DNA of 64,000 nt from Octopus vulgaris. Lineage: Eukaryota. The notes below the pieces were generated by a model that saw nothing but the letters and a program-made list of their open reading frames with translations, was not told where the DNA came from and did no database searches. A program made the translations under genes and the position numbers. This document shows positions 26,076 to 40,809 of the stretch, one piece after another. The stretch's first letter is position 1; each line of letters begins with the position of its first letter. The stretch is taken from the NCBI GenBank assembly GCA_951406725.2, contig OX597816.1, positions 82,026,001-82,090,000 on the forward strand. Direction: 5' to 3'.

Positions 26076-28346
26076 ATCACGTCCCTCGAAGTACTTTACA
26101 AAATACTGAAGCCAATAGCACTGAATTTCCTCTTGATTCATCTCCTATATCACTGGATACAACATCGGTTGTAATAACAAATGCCATTATTTCCCAGGAT
26201 AAAAGTTTTTCAAGTAGTCCTACTCAAACTGACTCACTGGATTTTACAACAAGCTATTCTGCAGACCAATATTTTTCAAGTATTGAAGCTATTAAAAGTT
26301 TACTATCAGTTTCAACTAACGAGATTATTCGAACAAGTTCATTAGTATCCTTGACCGATGCATATTCATCTTTATCGATGTGGTATTCGAATGACGTTGC
26401 ACAAACCTACAGTTCATCATTGATCAGTACATTCGCAGAAACTGTGGGTACGAGCAGTTCGAAAGCTGAATCAAGTTTATTCAATCTAGACTTCTCTTCC
26501 ACTTCTCTGTCTGCTGATATGTCTTCAAAAAGCCAATCACTATTATATCATAGTCTGCTGCCCAGTACAATGTTATCAGTAGAAAATACTCCATCATTTA
26601 TACCTGTTACTTCCATTGTAGAAACAAATGGCTTTTCTTCGTCCATTTTTCTATCTATATTATCAATATCTTCAACTACATCTAAAATTCTATCTGAAAT
26701 ATTTACAAGCAGCCCGTTACAGCCATCTGATGCGTTAACTCACCTTATTACTAAAAGCAGTAACTTTGAAACACAGTATACAGAAAACATTGGGTCTACA
26801 TCTAATTCCAACAATGCAGAAGGTTCAGCAAGTTTGTTCATTCAAACCTCTTCATATAACCCAGTGACATCAACAAACATTAGTGCTTTAAATATATTGA
26901 ATACAGAAAGTTTGATTAGTCACAGCTCTATATTACCTTTTACTAATCTAAAAATTAGTAGTTTAACAACTTATGTAGCTGAAAGTCTACCGAGTTTCGT
27001 GAGTGATTTACACATACACTCTTCTGAATATCAAAGTATTGACTCATTTTCCTATGTATCGTTCCTGTCTACTAACAGTGTCAGTAACTCTCCACTGACT
27101 ACAATATATATGAACAGTAAAAATTCCCTGGAAACAAATTTATCTTACCTGCCTACAAACTCGGGTTTATTTTCTCTAGCTTTTCAGTCGACAACACCTA
27201 ATATAATCAGCAGCACACGATTTCAAACAGTTGAAGACGTGTCTGCCAGTTCTGTATCACCAGTAATATCTGAAGGAGTCTCACAATTAATCACAGATGA
27301 ATATTTTACGCAAAGTTCTCAATATGCCACACCTATATTTAGTCGTTATGCTACTAGTGGATGGGAATTGTCAAATAGCATTGACAGTACAGTAGAACAT
27401 TTTGAAAGAAGTGTTTCATTACAGACTTTTGTAGACGTTTACTCTTCAGTGTTCAGCAGTCAAACAGAAAGAACTGATGAATACAATACCACAGTGCAAA
27501 ATTCGGTTTCAAATCCTGATACCACTCTAACGGTGTTGTCAACTGTCTATTTAAATAATATAACAAATTCAAACGACATAACTTTATCTGTAACAGTTGG
27601 AGAATCAGGAATACAATCGGAACTACTAAATTCTTTTGAAAACAGTTTGCAGCAGAAATCTTCTGTTAATATTCTCCAATCAGAAAATGCGTCGGAATCC
27701 AGTCAGCTTTATATGGAGAAAACATTATCTGTTAACAATTTTCTAACTGATTCTCTTGGTAGTTTCTCCTCTGGAGACACAAAACAGCTAACTACCTTAC
27801 AGCTTACCGAAAAGACTCAAATGACGAGAGATTTTAGTTTCCAAACCGGAAGTAATGAACTGATGTATACTTCACCTTTCACCAGTACTGACGAATCTCA
27901 GCAATCAATGACTGACTATTTGACCCCCAGTTTTGAGTCAAATTTAATGTCAACAGTTGTTGCATCTCAACCAGTATATGAAACTGAATTTTCTTCGATA
28001 AGCATCATACTTAGTATAAACTCCAACATCAATTCCCAGCCGGTTACAAGTGGTTACCTCACTAATAAATTTTCCACTGCGATAAATACAGTTCCATACT
28101 CCGTTGGAACTCAGCAGCTCTACGCTTCAAGTGAATTTCTCTCAAAAACAAGAATTATTGACAGTTTTAGTGATTTTGCTACGTTACACTCAGAGAACTC
28201 TCAGAATAATTTTAAATCGGCCGAATTTAGCAGTTCATTCCGATTGGGAAGTGAAGATTTTGCAAGTAATACTTCACTATCGGTTTTAGAAATTCTTCCC
28301 ACAATTACAACCACTAATTTACCACAAGAAACAAAACACTTTACCG
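26076..28346 (+). CDS. Exon 5: long Ser/Thr-rich mucin-like tract (757 codons)
   Basis: attttatttttacag acceptor; frame continuous with ORF 26351..28426; donor acc g|gtaaat; phase 1-1. Confidence 0.88.
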
Positions 28347-28739
28347 GTAAATTTTTATTTAATAAAAATTGTTTTCTTATATTGTTAAATTTTCACAGAG
28401 TTTATTTACTGAGCATTTTACTATAGGCTAATCCAATTATAAACTAATCTACTTATTAGCATCAATCTTCACAATTTAAAGTCGTTAAGTTTTGTTTAAT
28501 AGTACAACATTAAATGGAAAATTCTGAGTTCAGATTACAATTTACAATAACAACGTTTTAAGTTTTACTGATTTGTAAAAATTTTGGGAAAATTAAAATA
28601 CTTCACAAGTAATACACTATCACAACTGTAAAAGAAGCCTGAATCCTCAAGTAAACATTCTCTAAAAATTTGCTCTATATTTAGTTATAAATAATTGGAA
28701 ATAATCCGTGATCTTTGGTAATATCAGATGAGATGTTTC

Positions 28740-29215
28740 ATTAGATTCTGTTGAGGTTGGTCAACGGAGAAGGAGCAGTGGCTGTGATCTTTGCGAACTG
28801 GTGAGATTGATGTGGTTGATGTTCAGTTTTACAATCAAGTAGTTTTTGTTTACATGGAAAAACCCTGGTTGAGAGGGAACCCTTAAGAACTTCAAGTCTG
28901 AAGAGAAACACTTAAACAAGAAATATTTAGTTGGGAAACTGAAAGATGAGATGTGGTAGTGATGATGAAAAGTAAAGATATGCGTGTCTGATGAGCGTGA
29001 GTAGAAATAGTATGTAAAAGCTACTTCAGAGAAGCAAAGGCTCATATAGTTTCAGTATACAAGGCATACAGAAGAAATGAGCCTTTGTTTGGTAAATAGT
29101 TGTGTCCCAAGATATGTGAGTAGTGCCAAATGATAGCTGCTTTCAAGAGGGTCAGTAAATGATATGGAGTGGCATATTTTCTGGCTAGTCTTAGGGATGT
29201 AATTTTGGCAATGTT
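28740..29215 (-). mobile_element. Old CR1/L2-like LINE 3' fragment
   Basis: NIAKI...RKYATPYHLLTLLKA...YSHILG resembles the post-RT LLTLYK..YCSHIW segment; heavily decayed. Confidence 0.45.
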
Positions 29216-29225
29216 ACACACACAC

Positions 29226-29281
<56 letters not shown>

Positions 29282-29285
<4 letters not shown>

Positions 29286-29588
29286 CACTCCGTCGGTTAT
29301 GACGACGTGGGTTCCAGTCGATCCGAGGGATGCAGTCAACCTGCTAGTGAAACTAACGTGCAAGTGGCTGAGCACTCCACGGACACGCATACCCTTAACA
29401 TGGCACTAAGGGAGATTCAGAATGACTCAGAATGTAACAAGGCTGGTCCTTTCAATTACAGGTGCTATTCATTTTTGCCAGGTGAGTGAAATGGAGAAAT
29501 GTGAAATAAAGTGTCTTGCTCAAGGACACAACGCGTCACCGGGAATTGAACTCACAACCTTACGACTCAGTCCCGCGTACTCTAGCCA

Positions 29589-29590
<2 letters not shown>
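29282..29590 (-). mobile_element. tRNA-derived SINE related to the 40388 copy
   Basis: RC contains gtgagttcaattcccgg..gtgtccttgagcaagacactttatttcac, shared with 40436-40495. Confidence 0.75.
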
Positions 29591-29624
<34 letters not shown>

Positions 29625-29668
29625 ACATATATATATGCACATACACTAAATATGTATATATAAACATG

Positions 29669-29701
<33 letters not shown>

Positions 29702-29703
<2 letters not shown>

Positions 29704-30162
29704 CTGGTGACGTCGATGTTCGCCTGGGGCTAAATGCATCAGTAACACCCCCACCACCCCGCCCTGACCCTAGTCACATTCAGATGGCTGATCCCTCTTA
29801 TGTTATAGAGCAGTTACTGTTTATATCTCGCCCAGAGATTTATTATTGTTTTCGAACAGATTTTCTACGCCAGTGACTGTGGTTACTGTGAAAATCTATA
29901 TATATCCAGCCTGCAGAGGAAGTCCCTCAACGAAGAGCGGTGCTTACCATACGTTGACAAGAGGCAATAACCTCGAAACCGGTCCGTGTGTAGTATCTAT
30001 ATCTTCGGGGAGGCTGATCTCCCTTTGCTGGCTGGCAAGGACACCGAGATGGTGTCAGCTCTTCTGGTGACGTCGATGTTCGCCTGGGGCTAAATGCATC
30101 AGTAACACCCCCACCACCCCGCCCTGACCCTAGCCACATTCAGATGGCTGATCCCTCTTATG

Positions 30163-30167
<5 letters not shown>
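29702..30167 (+). mobile_element. Hammerhead-carrying 360-bp-unit partial tandem (retrozyme/pLTR-like) within (TA)n
   Basis: 29702-29807 repeated at 30062-30167 (offset 360, one mismatch); (TA)n on both sides. Confidence 0.85.
29948..29990 (+). ncRNA. Minimal hammerhead with U3/A8 core variant
   Basis: catacg TTGACAA gagg caataa cctc GAAA CCGG TC cgtgtg; stems I and II fully paired, ACCGGT palindrome, GUC triplet. Confidence 0.8.
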
Positions 30168-30229
<62 letters not shown>

Positions 30230-30698
30230 CATATTTCGTCTCATGTTCATCTCCTGTGTCCCTGCCTCAAGGCTTTGTCTCTAGACACGCCAGCTCAACT
30301 TGATTCGTCTCTATCAATCGAAAGACACCTATTGTTATTTTCTTGTTACTTGTATTTGTAATTGTGTAACATTTTCTCCGTATTTTTCGTCTTGCTTTTG
30401 TTTTGTCTTTCGTGTTGTACACATTCGCTTGCTTTCTCCCAAAATATTTAGAGCTCTTAGCTTAGATCTTTGGGGCCAGCCAGATTTGAATAGTCCCAAG
30501 TGTAACCGGGCGAAACTAAGGATAATCTAGAAACTTGACTGAGGAGAGAAGGCCACGAATGACCCGTCCTTGTTTTTTCCTGTCCAAACGTGTACCGTCT
30601 ATCTGTCCGGATGTTTTACTGTCGTCTGTTGCGTTCTTGTTCCATTTAGAATTTATACATGCATACATACATACATACATATACACACATACACACAC

Positions 30699-30750
<52 letters not shown>

Positions 30751-33064
30751 CACATACATACATGCATGCATGCATACATACATACATACATACATACATA
30801 CATACATACATACATACATACATACATACATACATACATACATACATACATACATACATACATACATACAAAAGTCGAGGAGAGCCCTTCGTCAGAAAAA
30901 GGAATTTCTGACGAAGAGCCGGCCCAAAATATTAGATTTCTTTACCCTAGCAAAATAATATTTATTCCACTTTGCTGAGTTTTTATACACTCACTAATTT
31001 CATAGATTTTACTATTCCACTTTGATATTTAAAATATATTTTGGCTAACATTTACAAGAGTCAATTGGCAAAAGATGCTTTCTAAGGGAAAAGAATGTAT
31101 ATTGAATTTCATAACTTGATGAATAATATTCTCTTCCTTCCAGTGTTTCAAATGAAAATTAGCTGAAAACGAAAATCAAAACTGGACTTCATTTTTTTCT
31201 TAAATTGAACTGTAAATATCTGCATTGATGGGGAATATATTTCAAAATCGATCGTCTATATCTAACAGAAAAAAGAAAACCCTTATCTGAACAATAACTA
31301 TTGATTTGTTACAGTTGTTGCCAACCGTAACCATTCTGTCTCTAAAAGACTGCATTATCTAATATACCCTGTTCTTATTTAAGGCGAAATCATGTGATTT
31401 GAAGAAGAAGTGGCTGCTATTTCTAGCAACTTGGAAAACTATGCAGAAACTCTCTCGGTGGTTTGTAACTGTCTTGATCACTAACGTAAACACAAGAACG
31501 ACATTCGTTACAAAGAGCTATGAATCAAGGAAAGATCAGAAATACAAAACAAGAAAAATAAGTCGGTGATGGGCGAGGTAAAGACAGGGAAGGAGGAGAC
31601 GAGGGAATGATGTTGGGATGGAATAATGGTGGGAGAAAGGAAAGAAATGAAGAGAATAAACCATTGATTCTGTATCCCTTTAATTTTCCCTATGTTTACA
31701 CAAATTACCAGTTTCCAGCGACAATTATCTATTTATTTGTTTCGTAATTTTTTGCTTAGTATTATTTTATCTCTCTTTAATGATATCAGTTTCCTATTGA
31801 AAACAACAAACGAGCGATTCACAGATCTATCAAAGGGAAATACAATTATTTCGGCTCTCCCCCATTTGTATTTAATAGCCTTGCTTTAAAAATATCAATT
31901 TATGAAACTCTTTCTAGCTTCATATGGTCACCATTATAATTCATTTGTATATAATTGTTGGCAACTTGAATAGTTTCCTTTGGACGAAAGCTATATATCA
32001 CTGCAATTATTGTCTTGTCACATTACTATAACTAAACATTTTCTAATGTCGAACCTGCGCAGCATTTAACAATACCGTTATCTTGTTTCATACTATGTGA
32101 ACTAAATACCTAATTAACGAGCACAGGCATGGCTTTGTGGTTGAGAATTTCGCTTAGTAAATTTGGTTAACAGAAACTGCGCGTAGGAAGCTTTGTCGTT
32201 GGGACCATTGTTGTCCTTAGGATGTAGACTTAATCTCTCCTTTGGTTTTACGTACCTTTAACAGAGTTAGGCCAAGTTTCGGATGGGAGGATAACTTTCT
32301 GATTTCATCCTACCAGTTACGAAAACATAGGAAAAAGTCATGGACGCACACTTTTCTCTTCTAACCAATTAAAGAAAAAAGCTATTAGCGGTAGTTGCAG
32401 TATTTGTGACGAATAATAAATATCACATTCAACTTAAATTGAATGTGTTATCTAAATCGGCTTTAAATTGCTCTTAACGTCCAGTGATATACCATTTCAT
32501 GCTGACGACACGGGCTAATGAAACACTGACTATATCAACTGACTAAATAATCGTCTGCAATCGTGGATAGCACTACCGTCTCACGTGATTTCACTGTTTT
32601 GGGGGGAATCATCAGCAGCAGCCTGCCTCGCACCGAATGCCTGTACGAAAATCAGCCAAACTGATTTAGTATAATAATGGCCAATGGTATCGCAAAAAGC
32701 CAGTAATTTACATTTGAGGGTTTGCAATCGGAAGAGAATCTTGCGGTATTTATTTGTGCTACTTTATTTGCTGAGTTTAAACCATGCCGAGGTCGATTTT
32801 GCATACCAGGTCAATAAAATAAAGTAGCAGGAGTCTACTGTAGTTGAATAGATCGACTAAATCCATCCTCCATATTTTTTTGAGACATTGTACCTTCGTT
32901 AGAAATCAATAATAAACATTTGGGAGGGTGTAAATGACAGAATCGGTAGCGGAATGGTAAAAAATAGTGCAGTATCTAGTTACACATTTGTATGTTCTTA
33001 GTTGAAATTCTAACGAAGTGAGCTTTTCCTTCCATTCTAAACTGTATGTATGTATGTATGTATG

Positions 33065-33098
<34 letters not shown>

Positions 33099-33267
33099 TG
33101 TATGTATGTATAATCAAGGATAAAATTTATATAGAATTTTATCAAGTAACTAGCATATGATTAATCTCTCTTAGTTTTAGAGCCTTTTAGCGTTTTCTTC
33201 TAGCATGTGGTATTACTTGGTAGTTGCCCTTATAATTTTATAATTATATTCATAGAATTATATACTT

Positions 33268-33345
<78 letters not shown>

Positions 33346-34747
33346 TGTATGCATGTATGTATACATAGATAAACAGTATGTGAGAGAATGCGAAGTAAAC
33401 GTGGTATAGACATCCAAAAAGTAGTGTTCAATCAGATGAGAACTTAAAATCCAATTCCCTCATGCAAGGCTTGTGCCTCTGGGCAGATAAACACAAGTGA
33501 GCTTAATGCATTTATTTAAATGGAGTACAAAATACAGTTCACGGAATAAAGAAAGTAAACGAATAAGTTTTGTAAGAATCTCGCTTTCTCCCACTGACAA
33601 GATATGACTACTAGACAACTACTTTTGTTTACCTTCTTTGTGTATTCCGTAGTCTGTGTTTTTTAAAGAGACAGAGACAGAGACAGAGAGACAAAGAGGG
33701 AGGGGGAAGAGAAAGAAAGAAAGAAAGAAAGAGAGAGTGTTAGAGAGACAGAAGGAGAGAGAAATTAATCATATATCAATCAGGGAATGTATTTTGGAAT
33801 TATTACGAATGGCTTCATTTCTATTTTCCTCCGCGTTATCATCATCTTTGTTTTGTTCTAAGTCGAAAGACCTCATCCCTTTTTAATCTAAATCGTAGCA
33901 CCCAATACTCGTTTCTTGTTTGCTTCGTTTAGTCGCAAGACATTATCCTTTGTGTGTTAACTCATAAGACTTTGTGAAATACTAAGTCTTCAAACTTAGT
34001 GATTGCTTACAACGACTGGCACTTGCTGGACGGGAGATAAAGCGTTTTAGCACCGAAATCTTGCTGAAATCTATATAAACGGTTGATAAGGGGCATTTCC
34101 ACATTTTATTTTATCCTTTCTCGGTTCATTGCTGTTTACATCTTTTCACTTACAATTATGTTAATAGAATTGCCCTTTCACAGACCTACTCTACTCTTTC
34201 CTTTTTTTATCTTTCACATCTTCTCTCTCTGTTTCTTTCTTTTTTTCTACCTCTCGTTATTGCACCAGTACCCTGCTGCTGATCCTATTTTCCCCATCGT
34301 ACTACTTTCTCGTTCTTTTTTTTCATCAATTTCGAACAAACCACACATCTCCATTAGGTCATAAAAACTATGAATCATAAAACGTATAAATCATGAAATG
34401 CATTAACCAGGAAATATATGAGCTGTATACATTCAGAATAGTATTTCATGGTTTATATATTTCGTATCTGAAGAATTTGATTGTCCAGATATATTTCTTG
34501 CTTGATATGTCCCGAGAGTCTCAAAGATAGTTAACTTGAGGCCAAATTATGCAAACTACACTGATACAATTAAGCACACACACACATACACACACACGAT
34601 TGAGTGGACAATCGAAAGAATAGGACACTCAACACATTCAGTAGAATTTACATGTCTTTAAATCAGTTTGAGTCAAATCGAATCAAACCGAACCAAACTG
34701 TTTTAAATAATATGTATTGGATTTAGAAATCTTATTCTTCATTTCAG

Positions 34748-34867
34748 ATGTCGACGAATGTTCAAATGAGACAAGTTGCGGCATTAATTCGATATGTATG
34801 AACACACGTGGTAGTTATCAGTGTGAATGCAAAACAGGATATAAGAAAGTTGGAGACATTTGTCAAG
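34748..34867 (+). CDS. Exon 6: calcium-binding EGF domain
   Basis: atttcag|DVDECSNETSCGINSICMNTRGSYQCECKTGYKKVGDICQ|gtaggt; 6 Cys, DxDEC and CxNxxGSYxC motifs; phase 1-1. Confidence 0.93.
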
Positions 34868-35895
34868 GTAGGTACTTTGAATTGATGTTCTTTTCTAGTG
34901 TACTAAGAATCCAAGGACGTGTTAAATAGTGAACATATTCATTGATTTCACAAGGCTCGTAAAGTATGATAACACTTGACAAAATGCCTTTCATCTAATC
35001 ACATATTATCAGTTGAAATTCCATCAGGTTCGGTCATGCTTTTCATTTCTCCAGAATCGATAAAATAATATAGTAAGGAAGTGGGGTGGGGTCCATCAAA
35101 CTACCCACATCTCTTTCCAAACGATTGATTTTTCTAAGTCTTGTGCCGATGCAAGAAATCATTATCATTGATTTTTCAAAGTCGCTGGAGAATCAAGATC
35201 AAGAGAACGCCAACGTAAATGTTTTAAAATATTCTGGATACAATTACCAATGAGTCACAGAAATAAGCGCCTGTTATGTCTGAAATTAATTTACTCAACT
35301 ATATTAATCATTTTTGAATGTGTTTATGCCTTGTGCCTAGCTATAGTTACTGCACTAATGTCCTCGGGAAAGACATGCGTTAACCAACTTCCTGTTTTAA
35401 CCGTTGTAAAACTTTGAGCTTAAAATCCTACGCGAGAAATTGCGATTATGATTTTTATTATCATCATTAATATCTTCTCCATCCTCTTTCTCCTCATTAC
35501 CATCACTATCATAATCATGACCAGTAGCATCAACATAATCCTCTTTACCATCATCAGTACCATTACCGCCACCATCACCGCCACAGCCGCCGCAACAATC
35601 GCCACCACCGCAGCCACTGCCGCCACCGCCTCCGCCGCCGTCGTCATCGTCGTCGTTATTATGAAAGAGTAAAATCATTAGAGCGTAGACTTGTGTTTGT
35701 TCCGGGTCTTTACGTTCTGATTCCAAATCTGGTCGATGTCAGCTTTGCCTTTGATCCTTCTAGGGTTCGATCGACCAAAGTCCTAGTAAAGTACAGAGTT
35801 TGATTTAATGGACTAATCCCTGCTCCCAGATTTGTGACCCTTTTCCTCAGTTAGAAATTATTACAAGTGACTTAATACTAGTATTACATGTTCTC

Positions 35896-35935
35896 ATCAC
35901 TTTTCGGCCTTCTAGCTTAAGATCAAGGTGAAGTA
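35896..35935 (+). pseudogene. 3'-truncated U2 snRNA retrocopy (first about 40 nt)
   Basis: atcacttttcggccttctagcttaagatcaaggtgaagta versus U2 5' ATCGCTTCTCGGCCTTTTGGCTAAGATCAAGTGTAGTA; 14-bp TSD tattacatgtt(c/t)tc. Confidence 0.85.
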
Positions 35936-35989
35936 TATTACATGTTTTCGTACTTCCAATCGTTCTTGCGTATAGAGTTCTTCATATAT

Positions 35990-36200
35990 TGGTTTCTACT
36001 CTTTGGCACAAGGCCAGCAATTTCGTGAGAGGGCATAAGTCGATTACATCAACCCCAGTAATCAACTGGTATTTATTTTACCAACCCCTAAAGGATGAAA
36101 GGCGAAGTCGACCTCGACGGAATTTGAACTCAGAACGTTAAGACGGAAATACTGCTAAGCATTTTGCCTGGTATGCTAGCAATTCTGCCAACTCGCCGCC
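35990..36200 (-). mobile_element. SINE family A
   Basis: Homologous to the 4353 and 51842 copies. Confidence 0.85.
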
Positions 36201-36345
36201 TTAGAGTTGTTCATATACTAAGAGACAGGCCACATCAATAATCCACGACATCTATGCACAGGATATGAGGACTCCTAACACAGTTTGATTCTTCTCTTTA
36301 GTATTGTTCTTGCTTCGGTAGTGTAATATCATGTGACCATGCATA

Positions 36346-36545
36346 GTGGTGAGCTGCCAGAATCGTTAACACGCCGGACAAAATGCTTAGCGGTGTTTCG
36401 TCCGTCTTTATGTTCCGAGTTCAAATTCCGTCGAAGTTGACTTTACCTTTCAACCTTTCGGGATCGATAAAATAAGTACCAGTTGAGCACTGGGGTCTTA
36501 TGTAATCGGCTTACCTCTATCCTCTTGTGCCAAAATTTGAAACCA
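36346..36545 (+). mobile_element. SINE family A
   Basis: gagctgccagaatcgttaacacgccgg...gagttcaaattccgtcgaag...gataaaataagtaccag. Confidence 0.85.
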
Positions 36546-37527
36546 ATATCATCTTACCGTGGTACTTTGTCCCAGAAAACATCTGATCAAATGGTTTTTG
36601 ATACATCTGGGTATTTTCTGAACCCCATCTGTTCAAAAGAGTAATTTGATCTGATGATTGTATGTTTCCTTGTAAAAATACCAGTTGGTAACTTCCATTA
36701 CAGACTGAAGCAGGAATCAGGTGACAATTTTCTACTGTATTTCCTTGCCCTTTGATTTTTCGCAATCAAGCTTGTCCCTTAACCATCCATTCCAGAATAC
36801 TTCCTATATATCATTTCCGATTTGACCATGTAAATATTTCAGATGTTTCATCCAAAATTCTCGGATCCGATCTTGTCCTAGCGTTTTCCTGTTTAATAGT
36901 GTATTTACTTGCGGTAGAAGTTCGTGCCTAGTTTCAAGGGGAACTGAAGCGGCAATTTAAACTTTCTTTTTTCTATCTCTTGCCGTTGTTATGTTTATCT
37001 TTACATTTTCATTGCTATTGTTGTTTTCGTTTCCATTACAATTGACGCTTTTGTATTAATTGTCTTTCTTGTGTTTTCTATCGTTGTTGTCATTGTCGCA
37101 ACTGCTACTACTGCTACTCTCTTCAATTACAACAACCTCAGTAATATTGTTTGATGGAAGATGACTGCGAAAAACATTCATTTACAAAACCTCGTCCAAC
37201 TTCTTTTCTTACTGAGCAGCTGGCAAAAACAAAGCCATTATGAAAATTCTTCTATGCTTCCAAAAATGTTGTCACATATAGCAAGTAACAAAAAGTGCTC
37301 ATCAGTCTTTAAAAATAAAATGAACAAAAACAAACCTCTGAAAATGAAAACAAGAAACAAACTCGCGAAGCTTACAAGACACATCTTAACATTTAATAAA
37401 ACACAGTCCTGTTGGTCTCACAGGGAAAGCAGAGTTAACAATAAACAAGGTGGGAGTGAGTGACAATCAGAGAGGGTAAAGTAGGCGAAAAACATCGAAA
37501 AGTTTTGCTCTGAAGATCCCTGACATT

Positions 37528-37601
<74 letters not shown>

Positions 37602-37602
<1 letters not shown>

Positions 37603-37963
37603 CTAATAGAAATTGAAAAATGTGGCATCTCAAGGCGACTACAGTACCAGTGATTGTAGGATCTCTAGGAATGATAAAAAAAAGGTACTGAAACCTATTT
37701 GAAAATGATTCCAGGCTTACCATCCCTACAGGAAGTGCAAAAAATCGTATTAACTGGAACGGCTCATGTACTGAGAAGAGCATTATCGCTGTGAAAACAA
37801 CGTCCATCCATAATTTATTTATTTATTAATTTTTAAATACATATTTTATCTGTGAATTTGCGTGTGTAATCTGGGAATGCATACAATGAGCTTCTCTGCC
37901 CTAGGTGTATGGAAAACACTCGGCGAGAAACGGAAGAAAATTTGAAGAAAGAAGGAAACACAC
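37602..37963 (+). mobile_element. Short 3' fragment of an R4/Dong-clade LINE in (TAA)n
   Basis: MWHLKATTVPVIVGSLGMI...LQEVQKIVLTGTAHVLRRALSL*; (TAA)n on both sides. Confidence 0.85.
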
Positions 37964-38069
<106 letters not shown>

Positions 38070-38123
38070 ATAGTAATAGTAATAGTAATATTAATAGTAA
38101 TAGTAATAGTAATAGTAATAGTA

Positions 38124-38207
<84 letters not shown>

Positions 38208-38222
38208 TTGATGATGATGATG

Positions 38223-40091
<1,869 letters not shown>

Positions 40092-40259
40092 CTGCCAATT
40101 TTTATCGTAAATTGTATTTAGTTTATCAGTTTCAAATACACAAATATAAGTATATGTATCAAACTCTTTTGTTTTCAAAACATTACCGTTCACATAACAT
40201 ATATATATAAATATTACGCGAACGATATATATATACACACACGTGTGTGTGTATGTATG

Positions 40260-40319
<60 letters not shown>

Positions 40320-40387
40320 GATGTGTGTGTGTACATATATATATAAATATATATGCATATATACCTGTGGGCTTAAGTACATGTGAA

Positions 40388-40720
40388 GGCGCATGGCTCA
40401 GTGGTTAGAGCGTCGAGCTTACGATCGTGAGGTTGTGAGCTCGAATCCCGGACCGGGCTGCGTGTTGTGTTCTTGAGCAAGGCACTTTATTTCACGTTGC
40501 TCCAGTTCACTCAGCTGTAGAAATGAGTTGCGACGTCACTGGTGCCAAGCTGTATCGACCTTTGTCTTTCCCTTGGATAACACTGGTGGCGTGGAGAGGA
40601 GAGGCTGGTATGCATGGGCGACTGCTGGTCTTCCATAAACAACCTTGCCCAGACTTGTGTCTAGGAGGGTAACTTTCTAGGTGCAATCCCATGGTCATTC
40701 ATGACCGAAGGGGGTCTTTA
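40388..40720 (+). mobile_element. tRNA-derived SINE with Pol III A and B boxes
   Basis: TGGCTCAGTGG (A box) and GCTCGAATCC (B box), followed by a non-tRNA body. Confidence 0.88.
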
Positions 40721-40809
40721 CTTACTAAGTACATAAGTATGCAGGTCAATATAATGGTGCACATACACACGTATATGTATGTGTGCGCGCACGAGCGTAT
40801 ATCTATAAA

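Noticed and set aside
28985-29020. CTGATGAgcgtgagtaGAAA
   Set aside because: No stem II or stem I pairing; lies antisense in a decayed LINE
30535-30575. CTGAGGA...GAAT..GTC in a dispersed repeat
   Set aside because: GAAA absent and stems do not pair
32500-32625. CTGACGA..GAAA (+) and CTGATGA..GAAATCACGTGA (-)
   Set aside because: Stem II cannot pair and the invariant U16.1 is missing
40388-40460. Possible tRNA gene
   Set aside because: No convincing acceptor stem or T-run terminator; continues into a SINE body
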